Source: Lepidodermella squamata (taxonomy: Eukaryota > Animalia > Gastrotricha). From it: a stretch of 64,000 bases of DNA. Under the pieces are notes generated by a model, which had not been told where the DNA came from, made no database searches, and was given only the letters and a program-made list of their open reading frames with translations. The DNA lies in contig JBLDXI010000008.1 of assembly GCA_047495785.1 (NCBI GenBank), forward strand, positions 1 through 64,000, in the 5' to 3' direction. Both the position numbers and the translations under genes were made by a program. Shown in pieces: positions 1 to 10,711 of this stretch (the first letter of the stretch is position 1; every line of letters starts with the position of its first letter).

Positions 1-647
1 GGGTCTTAGGTTTCGGGGCATTAAACAAATTCATAAATAATAAATCGCAAGTCAGTATCCCTTCAAAAATGAAGGTCAAGCGAGCTGTAATGACTCCGAC
101 ACTCCTCTACGCTTCTGAAAGTTGGAATGCAACCGCAGCTCACCAACTGAGGCTGGATGTTGTGCAGATGAGGTGGCTCAGGGCTATAGCCAACGTCACA
201 ATTATGGATAAAATCAGAAATGCTGACATAAGAAAAACCTGTGAAGGTATAGAACCTATCTCAGCTCAAATAGAACATAACCGACTACGTTTCTTAGGAC
301 ATATTCTTAGAATGCATGACGATAACCTAGTCAAGCAAACGTACTTATGGACCCCACCCAAGGGCTGGCAAAGGAAGTTAGGCAGGCCAGGGTAGGATGG
401 GATTATTGTAACACTCAAAGCTTATTGCAAGCAAAAAATCTTGAAAATTACAAAAATTTTGTAAGCGTCTATAATGAAAAATGTCTAAATTGGGACAAAA
501 TTGAGGAGACAGCTTGTGATCGGTCTAACTGGAGGGCCTTCATTCGGGAACTTTTGGCCTTCAGGTCGCGGGGAACGGAATCTACTTGACTTCTCGCTCT
601 CGCCGTCGTTAAAACTTTATTGTATGCCTCACCAACGCAAAACGACG

Positions 648-733
<86 letters not shown>
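1..733 (+). mobile_element. 3' end of LINE A (mirror copy in left arm)
   Basis: Same as reverse complement of 10567-11299, including the (TTTA)n tail ~648-733; 1-bp indel near 388 splits the ORF. Confidence 0.9.
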
Positions 734-736
<3 letters not shown>

Positions 737-3700
737 TATCTGCGATTGAATATTAAATTTTCTGAGGTTTTTTAATTGAAATAATTATAAACGATGGCTC
801 AATCTGGCACTGGAACGGCCGAGAAATTCATCGCTCTCAACAAGGCAATCGACGAGCTGGAAGTCAGCCCGGAGGAACGCGAAAAGTTGAGACGACTGGT
901 CTCTGGCATCCAATGCGACGTCATCTCGGTACTGGAGTCGAAGCAAGCCAAGAAGGAAAAAGAAAAGGCGGATCATATGGTGGAAAAAATCCTTAACCAG
1001 GATCTGTTGGAAATCTCTGGCATCCCAGAAACCAATTGGCGAGAAGAGTTGCGAAAACTCATCCCGCAAGAAATCACGAGCTGGATGATAAAAGAAAGAA
1101 AAGCGGACGGTACGATCATTATCGAATTCGTGCAAGATGCTCGAAGATCAAATGAGCGCGTTCTATTTGAAGCGAAGTCTTGGAAAACACCCCTGAAGGC
1201 GAAGCACCCCGCAACTGGACATATGAAGGCTGTCCAAGAAGAACTAGCGAGCGAGAAAAAGGCCTATGAAGACCAAGGAATCGAAGGTCTAGAGATTCGC
1301 GGCGCTAATCTAATGCAAGGCAGCGCCTACATCAAGCAATATTGCTCCGAGGCAAATCAACTCGTGTCGAGACACGAACCGTTGGAAGACTACAAACCAC
1401 CCGTGACGACACGCCCGCCTGAACCTCACCCGCCGGGACCACAATGCTGGCGCTGGTCTTCTTGACACCGCTAGGGAAACCTGCGGTGAAAGGAAAGTTG
1501 GCACGGTCAGTGAAAAACCCCCGTGGTGGTCCCCATTAGCCAATGAAATCATTCAAAAAGGCAAGGACAATTTTAAAAATTATACCAAGGGCCGTATTTC
1601 AAGAGAGGAATTCACGCGAAATAGGAACCAGAAAAAACCATGCTCTAGAGCGAGTGAAACTCTTGAAAGACCAGAACGAATTTGCCGAATTAGATAAACT
1701 TCTGGAAAATCCCTTTGATTACGATAACATCAAAAAATTTTGGCATGAAATCAAACGAATCCGAGGCGAAGGAAGAAGTAAAGGTGAACCAGACCCACTC
1801 GAAAAATCGGATGGCTCGCTAACGGACAGTATTGACGAAATCTTGGAAGTGATGAAAAGTTATTTCATGGAGCTCTTAGAGGGACTAGAGAACCAACCTC
1901 ATGACCCCGATCCTGAACCCGAATCACCCGATTTAACTAATCTCACCGAAATTACCCAGGCCGAAATTGAGGGAGCTATTGATCACATGAAAAACGGGAA
2001 GGCCCCGGGTATTGACGAAATTAGACCTGAGATGATCAAAGCTTTGTCAGAAGCAAATATCAAATGGTTAGGTGAAATTTTAAATCAAGCCTGGCGGGAA
2101 AAGAAGGTCCCCGAGGAATGGTCCACCGCCCTTATTACTCCGATTTATAAAAATAAGGGTGAAAAATCCAAGTGTCAAAACTATCGAGGCATCAGTCTGC
2201 TTTCTGTTGTAGGTAAACTTTATGCTGTTATCCTCGAAAGAAAACTAAGGTCTTTGATTGGATCGAAAATCTCCAAATTACAATTCGGATTTCAGCCTCT
2301 TAAAGGCACCCGTGATTGTATTTTTGTTCTTAGACAAATACTTGAAAAATTATTTTCTTTCGCAAAGAATGACCTCGAAAAAGCCTATGATCTGGTTGAT
2401 AGGGAAAAGGTTTGGACAGCCTTGGAAAACATGGGTGTTGAAAATAGGCCTTATTGACGCGATTAAGAGTCTATATAAAGTAAATAAAGTTGCGGTAAAA
2501 GTGGATTCTCCGATTTTTTCTATGTAACTAGGGGTCTAAGGCAAGGCTGCCCGCTGTCCCCTCTGCTTTTCATTGCTACTTTTAACAAAATTTGCGAAAA
2601 ATTATACGACACAAAATTTGGTTTCCCTATGAACAACGGTGATTATCCAAATTTATTAGCTTTCGCCGATGATGGAACTCTCCTAGGCATGAACCATGAC
2701 GAAATTAGGCGCCTTCTAGAAATTTTTGACATGGCATGCGAAGAATTAGGATTGAAAATTAACGTGGCAAAAACTCAATACATGATCATTTCCAGGGACG
2801 ATGCTGCAGTAAGAAATTATGAACTAGAGCTGCGCGGATCGAAACTGGAAAAGGTTTCCAAATTCAAATACCTAGGTAGCATTATAACCAGCGACGGTCG
2901 CATAGACGAAGAATTAAATTATAGAATTTCAAAGGCTGGCAGCGTATTTGGGTGCGATGAATAAATTCATGTGCAGTTGGAATCATGTGTCATTACAAAC
3001 CAAATTGAAAGTACTCACTTGCGTCATCGTACCTACCATCATTTACGCCTGCGAATCCTGGAATATTTCTTTAAGCCAGGAAAATAGGTTGAATGTTTTA
3101 GAATATCGTTGGCTACGAGCGATTTTAGGTATACACCTGATGGATTATATTCCTAACATTGACATTAGATTGGCATTGTGCGGAGGTCTGATCGAAGTCA
3201 GCCGCATCATTGAAAAACAGCGTTTAAGATATCTAGGACACATCATTAGATCTCGTGATTACGATGCGGACGGCCTTCCGAACTTGATTTATACGTGGAC
3301 ACCTCCGTTCGGGTGGTTCGCACCGAGAGGCAGACCTCGAACTAGGTGGATAAACGGCATAAACAGAAGTCTACACAAGGTTGGCATTGTTAAGGAAGTT
3401 CGCCGGAAGAAAAGACAACCCAAAAATCAGAAAGGCAAAAAGCCAGCTAAAAACGAAAAATCCGGCGAAAAAAGAAAATAAATTTGAAATTAAAATTATT
3501 CCTGATCTGCAATTGACTGAATTACTTTCTTTTGATAAAATTGAATGGCGCAACATTGTTGACTCAATGCATGATTATGAATTTTTTGGAAAAAGTAGAA
3601 TCTTCAACTGTGGGGGTGGGTGATTTCCATCTTTCGCCTGCCTTCGCCCTCCTCAAAACCGTTTTTACGGTATAGATGCTTAATCGAGAGGAGGACTAAA

Positions 3701-3742
3701 TAAAACCATTATTATTATTATTATTATTTATTATTTATTTAT
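734..3742 (+). mobile_element. LINE B (mirror copy in left arm)
   Basis: ORFs 794..1465, 1543..2457, 2629..3481 mirror 7822-10507. Confidence 0.9.
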
Positions 3743-4227
3743 TTTTGTTTGTGTTTTTTCCACATGGTTGACAACGTCAAGAAGTGGTTCGGCCAAGCGA
3801 TGCGCAAAAATGTTTTCCTTCGTAAAGAAGCGCCTCCGCCTCTGCCAGTTAGCACGGAACTTGGTCGAATTTCGCTTGTTGACGAGCCTCTTGATGAGCG
3901 AACTTGGCGATGAGTATTCGGAGTTCAAAGATTACTTCCGCGCGACCTACATTGACGGCCCTTTGAACAGGTGGTTCGAGGGACATGGCTTGTAGGTCTC
4001 GACGAATAACGGCTTGGAAGCAACTAACAACGTGCTGAAGAATGAAAATACTGAAAGAGTTTTGCAAACGGTCAGCACTTTTTTGCCTATAACCTTCGAA
4101 ATCACGCGAGACTGGACATTCCACTTTGAAGAGTGGGCGACTTCTCCGAAAACTACCGCCAAAGAATACACCACTGATTATTCTTACTACCTCAAGTTTG
4201 CTGATCATTACGACCAAATCGGTCCGT

Positions 4228-4953
4228 TTAGTGTCTCTCGCGAAATCCGTGCTGAGCTGGCGTAAGGAACTTTGAGAGGTGAATTTTGAGCTGAGCAGCT
4301 AAGCAGCGCTCGAAAGTACGAGCAACTGGGGATGTTATCGAAATTGGCCGATAGTTGCCAACATCCAGTCGATTGCCAGACTTGTGAAGCGGGCTAACAA
4401 TTGACGCCTTCCAATCATCAATAAAGATGCCTTCAGAAATCGCTAAATTGAAAAGTTGGACCAAATACGGGGCAATTGTCGGTTTTGCAAGTTTCAGTAT
4501 ACTTTCTGGAATTCCGTCAAAACCAGTTGTTGTTTTATACGTCAACCTATCGATGGCCGCTTCAACCTCGGTAGTTGAAACGGAACGAAAATCGAATGTA
4601 TGCTTTGATCGGAGGCGTCGAATAAAGTTGAGACTACTTGCCAGAGCTTGAGCAGTTTTTGCACCTGCTTGCACGAAGAAAACGTTGAAGGAATTCGCTT
4701 TCTCGGCAGATTCTTCTTTTCCCAGATCAGTAAAGGACCCGCCTTTCTTTGATTTAGGCCTGAAGTCACCAATAACACGCCATAATTTCCGCGGGTCTCG
4801 CCCAGCATCGGAAATTCGCTTTCGATATTTAGCTCTTCGTTCTTTCCGACGCAGTCTCTGGCGTTGACGTCGAGAAAGATTCGGGTTCATCGCCGCTCGA
4901 CGGTTGTTTCTAACGTTCGGCTTCTTGACGATTAATGGCGCAACTTCGTTCAA
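4228..4953 (-). mobile_element. CR1/L2-group LINE RT fragment (mirror copy)
   Basis: Identical 241-aa ORF to 6351..7076. Confidence 0.85.
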
Positions 4954-6350
4954 GACTTCCAGTAGGCAACATTTCAGCTTTTGCCATAGGCTCTCACAGC
5001 CAAGATTGCTACACTCTAAGACCTGACACGGTTTTCGCCTATATTAAAAACCTAGTCCGTAACCCGTGTCATTTTTCGCATGAGACCCGTTATGTAAGGT
5101 GAGACTATCTGAACCGGGACGCCCGGCTTTCGACCCGGCTGTGGCGTATCGCCATACGTAACGGGTCTCGTGCGAAAAATGACACGGGTTTGCCCCGGCT
5201 TTGACCAGACCCGGTTTTGGTTCCACCATTCGGTTTCCACCCCGATTTTCGTATCCTTTCATCCTTTTCATCTTTTCATCATTTCCAACTTGGAACTTAT
5301 ACAAAAATAAGCCGCGGTTAACAAGTGCAAGTCTTTAGTTAGACGGAGAGCTAGAGTAATTTAAAAAAGTGGAAACAGGAGAAAAGCTGCTTTGGTTTGA
5401 TGCGCGGGTGGGAGAGCTATCCGGTCCGATTTAACCGAAATTTTGAATACCTCTTATAAAATACAAATAAATTAGACACAAAGTACTTATTGGATAAAAA
5501 CGATTTGTGGATAATTTTTCTCAATTCAGTCTAGGGTCTAGGCTAATAGGTATTATATAGACTTTTAGATTGTAATTTCAAATTATTTAGCAAATTTAGC
5601 AAACAATCGCTTTCTTAGATGCTCATCTCTTTCGAAAATTCTCAGCCGTCAATGGGGCAACTCTACCTGAATTCAACCTAATTTCAACCTTCAACTAATC
5701 ATTTTGTGCCTAATTTGTCTTGTTTTGCTTGTATTGGTCTGCGATGATGGCTGCGAGAGGGCCTACACGCCTTTCTAATTGAGAAAAATTATCCACAAAT
5801 CGTTTTTATCCAATAAGTACTTTGTGTCTAATTTATTTGTATTTTATAAGAGGTATTCAAAATTTCGGTTAAATCGGACCGGATAGCTCTCCCACCCGCG
5901 CATCAAACCAAAGCAGCTTTTCTCCTGTTTCCACTTTTTTAAATTACTCTAGCTCTCCGTCTAACTAAAGACTTGCACTTGTTAACCGCGGCTTATTTTT
6001 GTATAAGTTCCAAGTTGGAAATGATGAAAAGATGAAAAGGATGAAAGGATACGAAAATCGGGGTGGAAACCGGAATGGTGGAACCAAAACCGGGTCTGGT
6101 CAAAGCCGGGGCAAACCCGTGTCATTTTTCGCACGAGACCCGTTACGTATGGCGATACGCCACAGCCGGGTCGAAAGCCGGGCGTCCCGGTTCAGATAGT
6201 CTCACCTTACATAACGGGTCTCATGCGAAAAATGACACGGGTTACGGACTAGGTTTTTAATATAGGCGAAAACCGTGTCAGGTCTTAGAGTGTAGCAATC
6301 TTGGCTGTGAGAGCCTATGGCAAAAGCTGAAATGTTGCCTACTGGAAGTC

Positions 6351-7076
6351 TTGAACGAAGTTGCGCCATTAATCGTCAAGAAGCCGAACGTTAGAAACAA
6401 CCGTCGAGCGGCGATGAACCCGAATCTTTCTCGACGTCAACGCCAGAGACTGCGTCGGAAAGAACGAAGAGCTAAATATCGAAAGCGAATTTCCGATGCT
6501 GGGCGAGACCCGCGGAAATTATGGCGTGTTATTGGTGACTTCAGGCCTAAATCAAAGAAAGGCGGGTCCTTTACTGATCTGGGAAAAGAAGAATCTGCCG
6601 AGAAAGCGAATTCCTTCAACGTTTTCTTCGTGCAAGCAGGTGCAAAAACTGCTCAAGCTCTGGCAAGTAGTCTCAACTTTATTCGACGCCTCCGATCAAA
6701 GCATACATTCGATTTTCGTTCCGTTTCAACTACCGAGGTTGAAGCGGCCATCGATAGGTTGACGTATAAAACAACAACTGGTTTTGACGGAATTCCAGAA
6801 AGTATACTGAAACTTGCAAAACCGACAATTGCCCCGTATTTGGTCCAACTTTTCAATTTAGCGATTTCTGAAGGCATCTTTATTGATGATTGGAAGGCGT
6901 CAATTGTTAGCCCGCTTCACAAGTCTGGCAATCGACTGGATGTTGGCAACTATCGGCCAATTTCGATAACATCCCCAGTTGCTCGTACTTTCGAGCGCTG
7001 CTTAGCTGCTCAGCTCAAAATTCACCTCTCAAAGTTCCTTACGCCAGCTCAGCACGGATTTCGCGAGAGACACTAA
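6351..7076 (+). mobile_element. CR1/L2-group LINE RT N-terminal fragment
   Basis: GFDGIP..LK, LFNLAISEGIFIDDWK..VSPLHK, NYRPISI, QHGFR; truncated at both ends. Confidence 0.85.
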
Positions 7077-7557
7077 ACGGACCGATTTGGTCGTAATGAT
7101 CAGCAAACTTGAGGTAGTAAGAATAATCAGTGGTGTATTCTTTGGCGGTAGTTTTCGGAGAAGTCGCCCACTCTTCAAAGTGGAATGTCCAGTCTCGCGT
7201 GATTTCGAAGGTTATAGGCAAAAAAGTGCTGACCGTTTGCAAAACTCTTTCAGTATTTTCATTCTTCAGCACGTTGTTAGTTGCTTCCAAGCCGTTATTC
7301 GTCGAGACCTACAAGCCATGTCCCTCGAACCACCTGTTCAAAGGGCCGTCAATGTAGGTCGCGCGGAAGTAATCTTTGAACTCCGAATACTCATCGCCAA
7401 GTTCGCTCATCAAGAGGCTCGTCAACAAGCGAAATTCGACCAAGTTCCGTGCTAACTGGCAGAGGCGGAGGCGCTTCTTTACGAAGGAAAACATTTTTGC
7501 GCATCGCTTGCCGAACCACTTCTTGACGTTGTCAACCATGTGGAAAAAACACAAACA
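7077..7557 (-). mobile_element. MULE/Mutator-like transposase fragment (mirror copy 3746-4227 +)
   Basis: CFFH (CxxH) and TNNGLEATNNVLK motifs typical of MULE DDE transposases; in-frame stop. Confidence 0.6.
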
Positions 7558-7821
7558 AAAATAAATAAATAATAAATAATAATAATAATAATAATGGTTT
7601 TATTTAGTCCTCCTCTCGATTAAGCATCTATACCGTAAAAACGGTTTTGAGGAGGGCGAAGGCAGGCGAAAGATGGAAATCACCCACCCCCACAGTTGAA
7701 GATTCTACTTTTTCCAAAAAATTCATAATCATGCATTGAGTCAACAATGTTGCGCCATTCAATTTTATCAAAAGAAAGTAATTCAGTCAATTGCAGATCA
7801 GGAATAATTTTAATTTCAAAT

Positions 7822-9846
7822 TTATTTTCTTTTTTCGCCGGATTTTTCGTTTTTAGCTGGCTTTTTGCCTTTCTGATTTTTGGGTTGTCTTTTCTTCCGG
7901 CGAACTTCCTTAACAATGCCAACCTTGTGTAGACTTCTGTTTATGCCGTTTATCCACCTAGTTCGAGGTCTGCCTCTCGGTGCGAACCACCCGAACGGAG
8001 GTGTCCACGTATAAATCAAGTTCGGAAGGCCGTCCGCATCGTAATCACGAGATCTAATGATGTGTCCTAGATATCTTAAACGCTGTTTTTCAATGATGCG
8101 GCTGACTTCGATCAGACCTCCGCACAATGCCAATCTAATGTCAATGTTAGGAATATAATCCATCAGGTGTATACCTAAAATCGCTCGTAGCCAACGATAT
8201 TCTAAAACATTCAACCTATTTTCCTGGCTTAAAGAAATATTCCAGGATTCGCAGGCGTAAATGATGGTAGGTACGATGACGCAAGTGAGTACTTTCAATT
8301 TGGTTTGTAATGACACATGATTCCAACTGCACATGAATTTATTCATCGCACCAAATACGCTGCCAGCCTTTGAAATTCTATAATTTAATTCTTCGTCTAT
8401 GCGACCGTCGCTGGTTATAATGCTACCTAGGTATTTGAATTTGGAAACCTTTTCCAGTTTCGATCCGCGCAGCTCTAGTTCATAATTTCTTACTGCAGCA
8501 TCGTCCCTGGAAATGATCATGTATTGAGTTTTTGCCACGTTAATTTTCAATCCTAATTCTTCGCATGCCATGTCAAAAATTTCTAGAAGGCGCCTAATTT
8601 CGTCATGGTTCATGCCTAGGAGAGTTCCATCATCGGCGAAAGCTAATAAATTTGGATAATCACCGTTGTTCATAGGGAAACCAAATTTTGTGTCGTATAA
8701 TTTTTCGCAAATTTTGTTAAAAGTAGCAATGAAAAGCAGAGGGGACAGCGGGCAGCCTTGCCTTAGACCCCTAGTTACATAGAAAAAATCGGAGAATCCA
8801 CTTTTACCGCAACTTTATTTACTTTATATAGACTCTTAATCGCGTCAATAAGGCTATTTTCAACACCCATGTTTTCCAAGGCTGTCCAAACCTTTTCCCT
8901 ATCAACCAGATCATAGGCTTTTTCGAGGTCATTCTTTGCGAAAGAAAATAATTTTTTCAAGTATTTGTCTAAGAACAAAAATACAATCACGGGTGCCTTT
9001 AAGAGGCTGAAATCCGAATTGTAATTTGGAGATTTTCGATCCAATCAAAGACCTTAGTTTTCTTTCGAGGATAACAGCATAAAGTTTACCTACAACAGAA
9101 AGCAGACTGATGCCTCGATAGTTTTGACACTTGGATTTTTCACCCTTATTTTTATAAATCGGAGTAATAAGGGCGGTGGACCATTCCTCGGGGACCTTCT
9201 TTTCCCGCCAGGCTTGATTTAAAATTTCACCTAACCATTTGATATTTGCTTCTGACAAAGCTTTGATCATCTCAGGTCTAATTTCGTCAATACCCGGGGC
9301 CTTCCCGTTTTTCATGTGATCAATAGCTCCCTCAATTTCGGCCTGGGTAATTTCGGTGAGATTAGTTAAATCGGGTGATTCGGGTTCAGGATCGGGGTCA
9401 TGAGGTTGGTTCTCTAGTCCCTCTAAGAGCTCCATGAAATAACTTTTCATCACTTCCAAGATTTCGTCAATACTGTCCGTTAGCGAGCCATCCGATTTTT
9501 CGAGTGGGTCTGGTTCACCTTTACTTCTTCCTTCGCCTCGGATTCGTTTGATTTCATGCCAAAATTTTTTGATGTTATCGTAATCAAAGGGATTTTCCAG
9601 AAGTTTATCTAATTCGGCAAATTCGTTCTGGTCTTTCAAGAGTTTCACTCGCTCTAGAGCATGGTTTTTCTGGTTCCTATTTCGCGTGAATTCCTCTCTT
9701 GAAATACGGCCCTTGGTATAATTTTTAAAATTGTCCTTGCCTTTTTGAATGATTTCATTGGCTAATGGGGACCACCACGGGGGTTTTTCACTGACCGTGC
9801 CAACTTTCCTTTCACCGCAGGTTTCCCTAGCGGTGTCAAGAAGACC
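7822..9846 (-). pseudogene. LINE B ORF2 remnant (RT domain, disrupted)
   Basis: KAPGIDEI, NYRGISLL, QFGF, DLEKAYD, FADD, KYLG, GRPRTRW split over several frames; no APE domain. Confidence 0.88.
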
Positions 9847-10507
9847 AGCGCCAGCATTGTGGTCCCGGCGGGTGAGGTTCAGGCGGGCGTGTCGTCACGG
9901 GTGGTTTGTAGTCTTCCAACGGTTCGTGTCTCGACACGAGTTGATTTGCCTCGGAGCAATATTGCTTGATGTAGGCGCTGCCTTGCATTAGATTAGCGCC
10001 GCGAATCTCTAGACCTTCGATTCCTTGGTCTTCATAGGCCTTTTTCTCGCTCGCTAGTTCTTCTTGGACAGCCTTCATATGTCCAGTTGCGGGGTGCTTC
10101 GCCTTCAGGGGTGTTTTCCAAGACTTCGCTTCAAATAGAACGCGCTCATTTGATCTTCGAGCATCTTGCACGAATTCGATAATGATCGTACCGTCCGCTT
10201 TTCTTTCTTTTATCATCCAGCTCGTGATTTCTTGCGGGATGAGTTTTCGCAACTCTTCTCGCCAATTGGTTTCTGGGATGCCAGAGATTTCCAACAGATC
10301 CTGGTTAAGGATTTTTTCCACCATATGATCCGCCTTTTCTTTTTCCTTCTTGGCTTGCTTCGACTCCAGTACCGAGATGACGTCGCATTGGATGCCAGAG
10401 ACCAGTCGTCTCAACTTTTCGCGTTCCTCCGGGCTGACTTCCAGCTCGTCGATTGCCTTGTTGAGAGCGATGAATTTCTCGGCCGTTCCAGTGCCAGATT
10501 GAGCCAT
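9836..10507 (-). CDS. LINE B ORF1 (C-terminally truncated by deletion)
   Basis: 223 aa; aligns by eye to A ORF1 (SWKTPLKAKHPATGHM vs SWMAPLRAEKPLTSHM; GIEGLEIRGA vs GIRGLEIQGA). Confidence 0.85.
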   Translation of the reverse strand: MAQSGTGTAEKFIALNKAIDELEVSPEEREKLRRLVSGIQCDVISVLESKQAKKEKEKADHMVEKILNQDLLEISGIPETNWREELRKLIPQEITSWMIKERKADGTIIIEFVQDARRSNERVLFEAKSWKTPLKAKHPATGHMKAVQEELASEKKAYEDQGIEGLEIRGANLMQGSAYIKQYCSEANQLVSRHEPLEDYKPPVTTRPPEPHPPGPQCWRWSS

Positions 10508-10564
10508 CGTTTATAATTATTTCAATTAAAAAACCTCAGAAAATTTAATATTCAATCGCAGATA

Positions 10565-10653
<89 letters not shown>

Positions 10654-10711
10654 CGTCGTTTTGCGTTGGTGAGGCATACAATAAAGTTTTAACGACGGCG
10701 AGAGCGAGAAG

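Larger units (their letters stand above)
1..5526. repeat. Left arm of ~5.5-kb inverted duplication (truncated at window start)
   Basis: Reverse complement of 5777-~11299; mirrored ORF pairs (794..1465/9836..10507, 4228..4953/6351..7076). Arm ends at ...TTTTTCTCAATT 5526. Confidence 0.97.
7561..10566 (-). mobile_element. Non-LTR retrotransposon 'B', relative of A, internally deleted (no zinc knuckle or endonuclease), (TTA)n tail
   Basis: ORF1 10507-9836 homologous to A ORF1. RT fragments 9648-7822 with FADD, small deletions and frameshifts. Tail (TTA)n/(TTTA)n at 7561-7594. Confidence 0.9.

Noticed and set aside
1-20. GGGTCTTAGG at the start as a telomeric repeat or telomeric retrotransposon array
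   Set aside because: It is simply LINE A RT sequence (mirror of ~11280-11299) with a small indel; no telomere repeat tract is present.
501-749. ORF with (YLFI)n repeat, mirrored at 10552-10800
   Set aside because: Translation of the (TTTA)n LINE tail.
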